This document shows positions 1 through 12,472 of a DNA stretch of 62,000 bases, piece by piece. This stretch comes from Lama guanicoe (taxonomy: Eukaryota): the NCBI GenBank assembly GCA_013239625.1, contig MU053934.1:12185413-12247412 (forward strand). Reading direction: 5' to 3'. The notes under the pieces were generated by a model. It did not search any database. It had not been told where the DNA came from and saw only the letters and a list, made by a program, of their open reading frames with translations. Position numbers and translations under genes: made by a program. Each line of letters begins with the position of its first letter. The stretch's first letter is position 1.

Positions 1-660
1 AATAGACTTGGGACAAATAAGCATCACTGAAGTAAAGAAAGTCACCCCGAAATTTAAAGAAAACGTTCAACCCGCCAGAAAGATACACTTGTGTGCACCC
101 ACTAAGAGGGATATATTATATAAAGCAAAAATTGGCACAAACACGAAGTAGACAAATCCACAACCACAACAGGATATTTAACATGCTTCTCTCAGGAAGT
201 TCTAGAACACAGAGACAAGAAATTCAATAAGGCTAGAAAACTTGAACAACTCAAATAACAAAGTCCACCCTGATGGCTGTGACTTCCGCACTCGACACCA
301 ACTTCCACAGAAACTAACAGGATTCCAGGCACGAGGCGGGTCTGAACCCACTTGTTGATGGAATAACATTGCACCGATTCTCAACCACAAGGCAATCACA
401 CTAAAAACCAATAACAAAATAACTAGAAAAAATCACCAGCATAGAAATTAAGACCTATTCTTTTAAGTAACCTACGATCAATAAAAAGTGACAACATGAA
501 TCATAAAGTACTTTGAACTGAATCTCATCAAAAATACTGCAAAATGAAATTTTGTGAAATGCAGCTAAAGCAGCACTGAGAGGGATGTTTGCAGGTTGGA
601 CAATGTTTGTATTTTTGAAGGTCTCCGGAGAAAACCTGAAAGTTGAGCTCTGTGTATGTG
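1..660 (+). mobile_element. Old LINE-1 ORF2 (endonuclease-region) remnant in a TTLL8 intron
   Basis: A-rich plus strand with L1 ORF2-like motifs (acaaatccacaaccaca..tttaaca..ttctctcag; gcagctaaagcagcactgagagggatgttt); no intact ORF; boundaries approximate. Confidence 0.7.
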
Positions 661-1579
661 AAATCGCAGAAAGGACAGTGAGAGGAAGCCCGCAAAGCAC
701 AGCCGTGGTTGCCAGGATCCCGGAACAAGCTGGGCAGGAGGCAGCTTCCGCGGGTGGACGTGCTCGGTCGCGGCTGCGGGGGGGGGGGTTGACGCGGGCT
801 GACCGGCACCACCTGTGCGGTGCTTCTCTCTCCGGGCACCCAGCCCATCACAGCCGGGCTGTGCGCTGACGACCTGTGCACTTGCGTGTGTGCGCCGTGC
901 TTCCAAAGAGAGCTGAGGGATGAGCGCGCGCCCGCGTGAGGCTGAGTGTGGGACTCGGGGCTCCCCGACGCGAACTCGTGATAAGGACAGAGAAGCACGT
1001 CCTCAGAGCAGTTGCCTTGGAGCACCTGCCCCACCTGAAGAATGTCTGTGCTGCCCTCATCTCCCCAAGACGCCTCCATTCTGGTGAAAGTTAAGGCGTC
1101 CCCCTGGGGAGGACGGGGCGGTGGGTGGGCGTGCCAGCTGTCCCCACGAGCTTCGAGCCCTACAAGGGTCCTGTCCCGGCACTAAACCCTCTCACACACG
1201 GGAGCTGCCGGCCCTGTCCCCCCGGGGGGGCCTGGGGGCAGGGGGCGTGGCTTCTGTGGATCACCAGGAGTCTGTCCCTGACCCAGAAACCTTGTCTGGG
1301 AGGAGCCCACAGCTGCAGTCACATGATGGGGGCACACTGACCGTGTGGCTGCGGGAGAGATTTTCACCGTGCGTGTCTGCATTTCTTGAGTTTTGGAAGT
1401 ATTACTATTTCAGAAGTGCAGCCGAAATGTAGTGCCTCAGCTGTGAGTCTCCACGTGGGGCCAGGACTGGGGCAGGAAACAAGGCTGGCTTGAGCGTGTC
1501 AAAGGCAAGGGACTCATGCTCCAAATCCAAAATAAACATACAAAGCGCCCCGCACACCCCAGCCCCAAACAGCACTTAC

Positions 1580-1671
1580 CTTGACCGCCTTGTCCGTCAA
1601 TTGTCTTGCTATTTTGTATTTGTCTAACTTGGGGGAAGAAAGCAAGTCTTGGGGAATTCCTCGTTTTAACT
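1580..1671 (-). CDS. TTLL8: TTLL8 coding exon, 92 nt: (K)LKRGIPQDLLSSPKLDKYKIARQLTDKAVK
   Basis: ttgcAG acceptor (1673-1672) and GTAAGT donor (1579); phase 1 in, phase 0 out. Peptide matches the recalled mammalian TTLL8 N-terminus (KLKQGIxQDLxSSxxLDRYKIARQLTEKAIK). Synteny next to MLC1. Downstream exons lie left of the window. Confidence 0.92.
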
Positions 1672-3329
1672 CTGCAAGAGAGAAACGGACATCGGGGCAA
1701 AGGGCAGAGCAAAGTGACACCTGACGCAGAGACACCAGCCTAACCCCAGCGTCCAGTCCGCCTACTGCCCACCCCGCCCGTCCCCAACTCCGTCCTGACC
1801 TCAGGGGCCGCGCAGGGCCCCCACAGTCCTGCCCCCATGCCCCCCTGCCCACGCTCCCGGGCCTCGCCCGCTCTGTGCCTTTTGCCTGCGCTCCCCGGTT
1901 GCTGTGGCCTTGTGGCCTGTCTCTGCTCTCTGGGATCCCCACCCTCTGTCAGCCACTCAGTTGCCCCTCAGCCTCAGCCTGGCCCTGCCCTCCCCGCCAC
2001 CAGCCCCTCTCTGCTCCCCTGTCCCACCCTGGCCACCAGACTCCCAGCAGCACACACAAAGTGCCATAGCGTCCGTGTTAAAAATTAAAATCAAAACCCT
2101 CCGCCCTGCACTCAGCACCCTGCACACTCCCCCTTCCCACTCTCTGCTCCCCTCCCTCCACAGCCCCATCTGCTGGCTCCACCACAGACACAGCTCAGTG
2201 GGATGCGCCTGGTCCCGGCCTGCCCCTTCTCCCTTGGCCCCGCCACTCCTCACTGCCCTAACCATGGACACACCAGGCCTGGATTCAGACCTCTACACGA
2301 CACCTCCATGCCCACCCCTGGGCCATCTCATCCCAGACAGTGGCTTAAATTCCTCTGGGGTGGACATCTCCCACCCAAACCATCCACCTTCTCGATGTCT
2401 TCTGGGCCCTCAGGAGCACCTCTGGAGGGAGAGGCAGGCAGCGACACCCCATCCACCCACCCACTGCTCCTCCTGCAGCCCCCACCATGCCGTGGGCCCG
2501 AGAGCCCCCCATCCACGTGGCCAGTCGATGTGGCCAAGAGAGCACTCGGAGGTGTGGACTCGCTGTCGGTGTAGGGAGGCCACCCAGGCAGTGCAGCGGA
2601 GACACAGACGCACAGCGCGCTCACACGGAGGGCGCGGGCCCGAGCCCCCCCGGGGACCGGGCAGCCACGAGGCACAGCCTCGGGCCAGGCAGCAAGGCCG
2701 GGGTTACACAAAAGCACCAACCATCACAGCTAAAATGGGCAAATCAAACTTTATCAGAACTGAAATGTTCTGCTCTACTAAGACATTGAAAAGCCAAACT
2801 CTAGAGTAGGGAGAAAATGTACAAACTGACAAGGCCCACACCAGGGCGTGTCCTGGGGGGGCTCCCGCCTCGGGAAGCTCAGGGCAACGTCAGGTGCAAA
2901 CTGGAACAGGGGTGGGAGGGCAGGACTGGCCAAACGGGCTGCACGGAGCGAGACTGTCCACACCCGCCTCCAGGGCTCACACGAGCACCTGCGCAGCGGC
3001 CCCGAGCCCGCTAACACCAGCACCTGGGGGCATTTAATAAGTGTTGATTACTTATTAATTATTATTACTGTTTATTAGACGTTGACCACAGAGAAGGTCT
3101 CGACCACTTTCAGAGGGACGGCAGACATGCAGCTCAGGTCCCCCGGTCAGAGCCGTGAAGTGAGGGAGTTTCACCCGGGAGCACAGCAACACGCATCTGG
3201 ATGCGCCTGAAAAACGCCTCTGAGCAACGCGTCAGCGGCGCGATGGGAGGGCGGGGTGTGTGCCCTAAATGAGCGGTGGGCAGGGTACCAAGTACCAAGC
3301 CTCGCTGTTCCGCTCTTTTGTAAAGAGAT

Positions 3330-4030
3330 TTTTAGCTGTAGATGCAAATATTAGAGAATAATAAAGCTAAGGACAGTTAGGAAGAACACAGCAGATTCAA
3401 AACCGAAGAAATTACCAGAACATGAACGAAGAGGAGACATTTAGTAAAACACCTTTAATTCAATAAAGAAGCTCAACCAGGCCAAGCATCTGAGACGAAT
3501 AAAATTAATAAATAATGAACAGAGAAAAGGCATAAGAAGGTAGTAACAGGACAGGAAAACTCCTTAGGGGGTTAAATACTAAGAGGACGCTGTGAACTTT
3601 ACAGCAATAAATTAGAACTTTAGACAAAATGGATAAATCCGGGAGACACGCAGATTACTACAAGGAGGAATACAAGACATCGATAATTTGCTACTAACAC
3701 AGAAACCAAATCTGAATCTTACAACCTTCTTGTTAGGAGAACTCCAGGGCCGATGGCCTCAGGGGTGCGTGCCGCCCACCAGATAGATCCTGCACCGCTT
3801 GTTCTCAGCGGGGATGGTCTGACCGCTGCCAGCGAGCTGCAGACGGTGAACTCTCCAGCCAGCGCGACTCACACACTCAGATGATAAAGCCATGCACGAG
3901 AGAGCCCACGGCTGGACTAGAAAACCAAGCACTGTGAAGTCCACCACGTCAAGAGGATAAAGAAAAGGGATAAACAGCTGCAGAAATTCACTATTAAACA
4001 TTAATCTTCACTCTTGCTGAGAACCTCACA
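3330..4030 (+). mobile_element. Degenerate LINE-1 ORF2 fragments
   Basis: L1-like phrases (aataaattagaactttagacaaaatggataaat; gaactccagggccgatggcctca; ctgcagaaattcactattaaacatt..cacaaactagaaa); approximate limits. Confidence 0.55.
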
Positions 4031-5099
4031 CAAACTAGAAAACACATACACAGCCCAGCAGTGACCCTCCTGAGCACCCAGCCTTTCTTCTAAACTCCAT
4101 CCTGGCCCCCAGCCCCGGGGGAAGCGGGGGCCAGAGCGCTCAGGAGACCTGGGATTCTGCGCCCAGGTCGTCTCAGGTATCTCGGGGGGAGGGGAAGCAA
4201 ACAGGTGCAGAAGCGGCTTCGTGGGGCCCAGACGGCCGAGGGGAGACCCTGGAGCAGCACAGAACATGAGCGTCCCTGACTGTACACGGTCCAGACGTCC
4301 AGCAAGGGTCTCAAAGTGAGAAAGCCACACAAAGAGCCTGGCATGCCAACACCTTCCCTAGAAGCCCACAGCTAAGGGGCAGAAAGAAGCACCCAAGCTG
4401 ACCTTCCAGGAGGCCCTGAACTTCAGGGAGGCCCAGCAGGCCTGCGGGGGAAGGTAGTGCTTGTCACCAGTGCAGCTGCTCAGCTGCTCAGCGTGGGAAG
4501 CAGCCCCTTCCGGCAGGGGCCCCCCTGGGCAGCTGAAGCCCCGGAGGAGGTGGTGCGGCGGGAGCCGAGGACACCGGGCCAGAGCTCCCAGTGGGGTCGT
4601 TATGACCACTTCGAAGTTCCCCTCCCCCTCCCCTGCCCAGTGCCCAGGCCTGTGATCGTCACCACCTCCCAGGCACTGATCCAGAAGCCCTGTCCCAGCC
4701 ACCTCTGCACCCTGATCCCAATTCAGGGGGATTCTCCAGGGAACCCCACTCACAGTCCAGGGCTCAGACAGCCACCAGGTGCCAAAGTGCCAGCCTTCAG
4801 AGTAGCCACAGGAAAGGCAGTTCCACAACAGAGCGGTCTGGCCAGCGCTGGTCCAGTGCCCGGCAGCACTGATGATGGGAAAGCCAGCACTGTGGGCAAA
4901 GTTAGGTGCACGGAATCACTGCTGGAGGCGTCTTAGCCAAATACTTGACTGGAATCCCATGAAGCCTCTGGATCTCACCTCCAGACCACCAGGTACACAC
5001 AGGGGACAGGCGGACAGGCTAAATGCCACCACGAGGACAGTCAGGCAAACCCCGAAGCAGAGCCATCCACAGAAAAGGGGCTGTCCCATGGATAAGCCT

Positions 5100-7450
5100 A
5101 CATCTTGCAAACGTAAGGCAAGAGGATTGGTTATTCCAGATAAAAGACAGATAAGAAACAAGACAGCCAAATGCAACATGTGGTCCTTGACTGGACTCTG
5201 ATTTGAACAGACCAACTATAAAATTAGTTGGGGAGTTACTGGAGATATATGAATATACCTTGGGATTTTATTAAGGAATTATTATTAATTTCATTGAGTG
5301 TGAAAAAAGGTTTGGTTCCATAAAAATGTCATTTTTGGAGTTATGTAGTAAATATTTAGACACATACCAATATTTAGTTAGAAAATATGAATAAAGTTTT
5401 AATAAAACCATTATTAAAGACAGAAGAGAGACATTTCATAATACTTAAAAGATCGATTGGTCAGGAAGATATGAACATTTCAAAAGTATCTGCACTTAAT
5501 AATATAGCTTCAATATATATAAAACCACAAGTTGACAGAGCTAAAAAAAGACATAGAAAACCCACAATCATACTGAAATATTTTAACACACTTCTCTCAG
5601 TATATGAAAGCGTGAAAAAAGAATCAGTGGAATACAGCAGATTTGAACAACATGATTAACCAACCAGCCCTAAAGGACCCGCGGAGACATTAAGCTCCAC
5701 AGCCGGGAACATGCTTTCTTTACAGACACATTTTCCAACACCAATCACCCACTGGGCTAGAGAGTCTCAACTAATGAGAAAGGACTGAAACAATATGGAT
5801 TAAATTCTCTGACAACTATTGACTCAAACTAGAAATGAATAACAAAAAGGTAACTAGAAATTTTCCTAAATGTAAAAAATTAAGCAGCACACTTTTCAAA
5901 TAAGATATGGATCAAAGGAGAAATCAAATGGAAATGATGTTAATTGAACGATAATGAAAATATGGCACATAAAGCATTATAATGCAGCTAACTCATGATT
6001 AGAGGGAAATACACAGATTTTAAATGCATATATTAGAAAACAAACTGAAAATTAATTATCTAAGCTACCACCCCAAGAGGTTACAAAGAGAACAACAGTT
6101 AAACAAAAAGACAGTAGAAGACAGGAAATAAAGATAGGGGCCGAATTCAATTAAATAAGAAAAAAAATGTACTATAGAGAAAATGAACAAAACCAAAAGT
6201 TGGATCTTTGAAACAATTTAAAAAATTTTAAGGGTATTCAAATTTTAATAAGGTCCTGTATAGAAACAGTTTTTTTCATTAATAAACTTCTAAACAGATT
6301 GAACAAGGAAAAAGAGAAAACCTGGGTTACCAATGTCAAGAATGAAAGTGAGGCATCACTGCCGACTGCACAGATATTAAAATAAGATACTGTGAACATC
6401 CACATACCAATAACTTGGCAGTTCACAATAAATGGACATTTTTCTCGAAAGACACAGCTTATCAAGACTGACATGAAAGAAAGAAAATCTGGATGGTCCT
6501 ATTTCTGTTAAGGAAATCAACTCCATAATTAAATGTTTCCCACAGTGAAGCCAGGCCTGGATGGCATTACAGGTCAATCTATCCAAATATTTCAGGAAAT
6601 ACCTTACACAAACCCTTTCACTGAAGAGGAAAGTAGAAACCCCTACTCAAGTATCTTTTTTCCTTTATTTTTCTTTTTCAAGTCTTTTTGTGAGGCCACA
6701 CCTTTAACACCAAAACCTGACAAGGACATTACAAGAAAGAAACAGTACAGGCCAATCTTGCTCATAAAAATAGACATAAAAATCTTCAACAAAACATTTG
6801 TAAATCAAATCCAGTGACACATAAAACAGTTCAACATGACTATGCGGTATTTGTTCCAGGAATACAAAGGTTGCTTAATATTTGAGAAATCCACTGCATG
6901 ATCCTTTAATAGACTAAAGGAAAATCTGTGGGAGAAAACGTGATAAAATGTAATAACTCTTCATTTTCAAACTCTCAGTAAGCCAGGAACAAAATGGAAC
7001 TTCCTTTAAAACTTACAGCAACATCATACTTCATGGTGAAACACCGAGCACTTTCCCCCTTCGTCTGGAAACAAGAAGAGGTGTCCACTATACCATATGT
7101 ATTCAACACTACACACAAAACGCCAGCCTGTGCAGTGATGCGAGAAAAGGAAATGGGGTCCAAGGATCAAAAAGGTCTGCAGACCATGTTGGTGTATGCA
7201 ACCAATCTAATGATTCGAAGCAGTAAATGTATTTAGCAGGGTCACCAAATACCACACCAGGAAACTGAACTCCACTCTCCCCAGATCGATCTAGACAATC
7301 AGTGGACTCACAATTAAAATCAAGGACGTGTGGGGTGGGGTGGGGTGGAGGGGCGTTAAATTAACAATTTGACTCTGCAAAATCCGAGAAAACTTGGATA
7401 CATCTTAAAGAACAAAGTCAGAGACTTACACCACAAAATATTAAGCCTTA
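5100..7450 (+). mobile_element. Old LINE-1: a 3'-UTR piece followed by a long ORF2 remnant
   Basis: Broken ORFs 5387-5659 (HFIILKRSIGQEDMNI, endonuclease-like) and 6533-6817 (PKPDKDITRKKQYRPILLIKIDIKIFNK, L1 RT-like); many stops and frameshifts. Confidence 0.85.
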
Positions 7451-7596
7451 TGGCAAGGCTACTGGAATTAAACCAGGACGGTTCGGAGTAAGGACGGGCA
7501 GGCAGAGCAACAGAACAGACAGATGCCACCTCCCTGAAGGCCTGAGCTCGCCGGCCACCCCCGGGACGCCCAGGGCGGCTGGCGCAGAATACTGAC

Positions 7597-7710
7597 TGTG
7601 TTCTCTCTGCTCTCCTTCCGACGCCGCCGCCGACGGGAGCCTCTTCCTTTCGCCTGGTTCCATTCCGGCTTCTGGCACCTCGCCCTTGCTCCCTTCCACC
7701 GCCTGGGCCC
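7597..7710 (-). CDS. TTLL8: TTLL8 coding exon, 114 nt: (G)AQAVEGSKGEVPEAG-MEPGERKRLPSAAASEGEQREH(K); internal ATG at 7663
   Basis: Branch-like ctgac plus cacctcgcAG acceptor (7712-7711); CAC A|GTCAGT donor at 7596. The phase-1 join with exon 1671 rebuilds EHK-LKRGIPQ, matching recalled human MEPERKGL..REENKLKQG and mouse EASMENGERKKL. Confidence 0.85.
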
Positions 7711-7771
7711 CTGCGAGGTGGGGTGTCAGTGCTGGATCGGAGCGGGGAGCGGGTCGCTGGGGGTAGGCGGG

Positions 7772-8369
7772 NNNNNNNNNNNNNNNNNNNNNNNNNNNNN
7801 NNNNNNNNNNNNNNNNNNNNNNNNNNNNNNNNNNNNNNNNNNNNNNNNNNNNNNNNNNNNNNNNNNNNNNNNNNNNNNNNNNNNNNNNNNNNNNNNNNNN
7901 NNNNNNNNNNNNNNNNNNNNNNNNNNNNNNNNNNNNNNNNNNNNNNNNNNNNNNNNNNNNNNNNNNNNNNNNNNNNNNNNNNNNNNNNNNNNNNNNNNNN
8001 NNNNNNNNNNNNNNNNNNNNNNNNNNNNNNNNNNNNNNNNNNNNNNNNNNNNNNNNNNNNNNNNNNNNNNNNNNNNNNNNNNNNNNNNNNNNNNNNNNNN
8101 NNNNNNNNNNNNNNNNNNNNNNNNNNNNNNNNNNNNNNNNNNNNNNNNNNNNNNNNNNNNNNNNNNNNNNNNNNNNNNNNNNNNNNNNNNNNNNNNNNNN
8201 NNNNNNNNNNNNNNNNNNNNNNNNNNNNNNNNNNNNNNNNNNNNNNNNNNNNNNNNNNNNNNNNNNNNNNNNNNNNNNNNNNNNNNNNNNNNNNNNNNNN
8301 NNNNNNNNNNNNNNNNNNNNNNNNNNNNNNNNNNNNNNNNNNNNNNNNNNNNNNNNNNNNNNNNNNNNN
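7772..8369. other. Assembly gap (598 N)
   Basis: Run of N between G-rich flanks. Confidence 1.
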
Positions 8370-8543
8370 GGGCACCGGTCTGGCTGGGAGGGCTGGAGGG
8401 CTGGGCAGGTGGAAGGGGAAGCCTGGCGTTCGGAAGTAAGGGTAGGTCTGGGGCTCCGCGCTGGTCTAGAATCCCGGGGGCGCGCGCGGGGCGGAGGACG
8501 GAGGGCCGGCCCAGGGTTCGGAGCGGAGGTGGCCCGTGCTCAC

Positions 8544-8592
8544 CCCGGCCAGGCCGCGTGCCCCTGCCCCTAGTCGCGCTGCCCCGCGTCAT
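8544..8592 (-). CDS. TTLL8: Candidate first coding exon of TTLL8 (MTRGSATRGRGTRPGR-G); the open frame extends to a further ATG at 8904
   Basis: ATG at 8592-8590 and CGG G|GTGAGC donor at 8543 give phase 1, compatible with the phase-1 acceptor at 7710. No homology support; the gap could hide the true exon. Confidence 0.4.
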
Positions 8593-8595
8593 GCG

Positions 8596-8610
8596 GTTGC
8601 CGGGGGCGAC
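8596..8610 (-). promoter_or_regulatory. RFX X-box
   Basis: Minus strand GTCGCC-CCC-GGCAAC matches the GTNRCC-N0-3-RGYAAC consensus; lies in the CpG island of a ciliary/flagellar gene. Confidence 0.6.
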
Positions 8611-9460
8611 GGGCCGGAGCCGCGCGGCGCATTGTGCAGCCCAGGGACGCGGGCGGCGGGACCGCGGGGGCGCGGCGCGGCGGCCGGCACAGGGAGTGGG
8701 GCTCCGGGGGCGCGCGGGCGTCTGGGGGCGGCTCCGGGCGCGGCTCCGAGGGCGGATCCGGGGATGGTGTCGCGCGGGGGGTGTGGAGGGCGCGGGGTCC
8801 CACGGGCCGTGGTCGGGGACTCTCGTGCGGGGCCCTGGGCAGGGGCCGCAGTCCGAGGCGCCGCGGTGGCCAGCGCGGGGGCTGAGGAGTAGGGCGCGGG
8901 ACATGGTGTCCGCGGGGAGGAGGGCCCGCAGAGTGGCCGGCGCCCCGCTGGGGGTCACACGGTCCCGCCCCGCGCCGGCTGTTGGGGTCACACAGACCCG
9001 CCCTGGCAGTCAGAGCCCCCCAAGTCATAAAGACCCGAGTCACACGCGGGCCCCCGCCCCCGCAGGACCAGCCCGGAGGTCCAGGGCACGCTCTGCCCTG
9101 CGACTCTAGGGCCCGTCTTCTCGCCCCCACCCCAAGCCTCCCTCTGCACCTAACAGACAACGTCCCCCAACAAGACGCCCACCGAATCTGGGGGGCAGAG
9201 ATGACGCACATGGCCCCCGGGTCATGAGCAGGGCAGGGGCCTGAGCTCTGGTGTCCTCCGGGTCACTCGTGGGGCCTGCACTGCCACCCCTAGGGATTCC
9301 AACCACTGTTCAGTGTTCCAGACCACCCAGCTGTCCCACCTCACTGGTCCAGCATCTTTGTGGAGGGAGGGTGATTAGGGAAGAACCACCTCCCCCACCA
9401 GTGCCTTCCTCGTGGTAACGTTCCAAAACCTAGATGTCATCTCTACTTGGTTTAAAAATC

Positions 9461-9466
9461 TTTATT
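9461..9466 (-). terminator. Distal AATAAA, candidate alternative MLC1 poly(A) signal
   Basis: tttatt on plus strand, about 2.3 kb past the MLC1 stop. Confidence 0.4.
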
Positions 9467-9771
9467 TTGCATTTAACATCCCAAGATAACCAAAAGGGAG
9501 ATTCTGCACCCACTTTGAAGCAGCGGGGAGGACTCAGTGAGGGATGGTGGCTGTTCCCCTAGGTAGGCACCGTTGACTCCTGCCCCTTTCCAGTCTCCAC
9601 CAGACCCCACGCACAGACTGGCTCAGGGCAACTAAGTCATAACTAAATTAAAAGGTGGCCGTCACCCCAACGCCTTCCTGTGCTCTATCTCTCAGTTTCT
9701 TCCGAACCTGCACATGGAAATACGGGAGACTCAGAATTAAATATGCCACTGGGCACGTGTACATGTTAGCC

Positions 9772-9777
9772 TTTATT
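9772..9777 (-). terminator. AATAAA, candidate main MLC1 poly(A) signal (3' UTR about 2.0 kb)
   Basis: tttatt on plus strand within an AT-rich block, about 2.0 kb past the stop. Confidence 0.55.
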
Positions 9778-11798
9778 GCTCAGGTGGTATTAACTCTATC
9801 ACACAAAAATGCAAACTGACAGAGACAGGATTATATACTTTTAAAACCCTATTTGTCTGGATTTTTCAAGCTCGCTCTGAAATAAGAAAGGGCAAGCCTG
9901 TGTGAAGCCCCCAGGCACCCAGTTTCAGCTCTAAGACTCAGACTTTCTGAATCCCCAGGGAAATATCCTTGTAGCTCCCATCCAGGCAGAGGCAGAGCCC
10001 CGGCCCTACCCCTGGAGCCACAGGAAAGGGAACTGGCCCCGGCTGGCTGCGGCAGGGTGGGGTCACTTGGGTGCAGGTGAGAGCCGCCTCGCTGCCCTGG
10101 GCTTGTTTGGGGACCTGACTGAGGCCTACGTCTGCCTGGCCCCTCACATGCTCTTACCGCCAGAGCTGCCGAGGACGCCGGGCTGAGGACCATGCTGCCA
10201 GGGCTGGCACCTCCACCTTCCAGGTGTCTCACCTGCATCCCCATTTGACTGAAAGTCATGACCCCACTTGTGAATACCATGAAGACACCTAGGCAGCCAG
10301 TCACCAGGGCTCAGAAGTGAGAAACCAGGGGCCACCCTCGAACCCCCCCACTGGGTCCACAGTTGGCTGGCCCCAGCCCGCCCTCGTCCCCTGGCGCTGT
10401 AGCCCGTTGATCGGAATGGCCCCAGGTGTGGCCAGGTGTTGCCACCAGCCCACAGAGGACTGATTAATGCCCCTCAACTTAGTAAAAAGCCAGCGTCAGC
10501 ATCTCCAACACAGCTGCTCGCCTCCTTCCAGTGGGGAGAAAGACCCAGAACCACCATGATGTGTAGCCTTGCGAATGAGTGTGCAGGCCTGAAGACAGTT
10601 CCTGGACCGACCAGCATTCCCCTTTTAGGAGATGCTGCCAACTCCCTAGAGGTGCATTGGTGGCCGTGTCAACTGAGAGACGTGTGCAGTTCTTCCAGAA
10701 GATTCTGGGTGCATTCAGGGGACAAAGAGATGTCACAGCAACTGATTCTTGGCTGATTCTGATCGAAGCAAGTGTAATTCTCACACCCAAAGTGTCCCTG
10801 CAGTCTGGCAGGTGGTAGATGGAGGAGGCCCTGGCCGGGGCTAGCCCTCGGGTGAGTGAGTGCGGGCCAGGGTGAACTGCTGGTTAGGAGGAGGGGAGGG
10901 CCGCAGAATGCCCAGTGACACCCTGTGAGGATGCCAGGGGGGCTGTCTTGCGTTTTAAGCAGGGCCTGGCCTGAGGGAGCAGAGACAGCATGGCAGGAGG
11001 GAAGGAGGGGCTCAGCCTCGTCCCAACACAGAGGCCATCACGACACAGAGATGCGGCCAGTTCTCAGGGACGATGACCCCACCCCCAGAGAGCAGTGAGC
11101 TGCCACAGAGGACAGGGTCGGCCCTAGTGTGGCTGTTGATGGAGGGCTCAGGACGAATGTAGGCTCCAGGCAGGGTGCCCGGACGCGCACCAGTGCTACG
11201 GAACGGGGCCCTCCCAGAAAGACTGCATTTAAGTGTAATGGGAGGGCAGAAATGCAGCCATGTGGGTTTCACGCAGGGAAAGTGAGGGCCGTGGGGGCTG
11301 CCCTGTGGTTCTGCTGGCTCTTGAGACAGGACACAAGCACTCAGCTCGGCCACCTTGTCAAGGAGACGACGCCGGGCCGGCCGGGCTCCTAAGAGGAGGA
11401 GTGCCCAGTGGGTGAGACCCACACGGCTGCAGGCGGCAGGTGCGCACCAGACAGGGCAGGGGGGCTGCAGAGGTGCAGAGAAGCAGGCACGGCAGCGGGG
11501 GAATCGTGGTTGCCGAAATACCGCGCCGGGAGAGTCCAGCCGCAGCCTGGGCCCCGCCTTCACCACCGAACTGGAGCCACTGCCTCTGCGTTCAGACCAC
11601 CTCGGGAGCGCTGAACTGACCCCCCCACAAGCACAAAATAGTCAGCATTCGCCTATATCAGAATTAAACTACTGTAAGAAATGAAAACTCCACCTTGCAG
11701 CCGGGCCTGCCCTACGAGAGGGGAGCAGCAGCTCCCCGGGGACCACCACCGGCGACGTGTGGGGCCGGGCCGGCCTGGGCCTCCTCGCCGGGCCGCGG

Positions 11799-12155
<357 letters not shown>

Positions 12156-12319
12156 CTAAGTGACTTCAGAGATGTGTAACACATTTTACCCTTTCAAGCT
12201 TTTTCCGGAGTGCTTTTAAAAATACCATGTGACCCAACAGGTCTGGCAGGAAGTTGCTCTGCACGGGCCTGGGAGAGCTGCCCCACCAGCAGGGAGTCCC
12301 CGTCCCAGAGGCCACTCAC

Positions 12320-12472
12320 CTCCCCCGCAGGGCGCTCCTGCTGGCCGGCCGGCGCTGGGTCCCAGGACGCGCCCACTTTGAAGCGCACGCACTGGAGGAC
12401 GGTGCCCGTGTTGAGGCTGGCCTGCAGCAGCAGCTCCAGCAGGAGGAGCAGCAGGAGCACGTCATAGGACTG
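12320..12472 (-). CDS. MLC1: MLC1 exon 11 (153 nt): [51 protein letters not shown]
   Basis: CAGCAG acceptor (start 12472 or 12469), GTGAGT donor at 12319; poly-Leu TM8 of MLC1. Confidence 0.95.

Larger units (their letters stand above)
7540..9110. promoter_or_regulatory. CpG island / TTLL8 promoter region (interrupted by the gap)
   Basis: Very high GC and CpG density on both sides of the N run, at the 5' end of TTLL8; GC boxes near 8965 and 9052. Confidence 0.8.

Noticed and set aside
1904..2809. 301-aa Pro/Ser/His-rich ORF
   Set aside because: Antisense within a TTLL8 intron, low complexity, GC-rich, overlaps probable L2 decay, no recognisable domain
7356..9109. Long ORFs of 339, 503, 238 and 421 aa
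   Set aside because: They run through the N gap and a CpG island poor in stop codons; only the spliced TTLL8 portions are supportable
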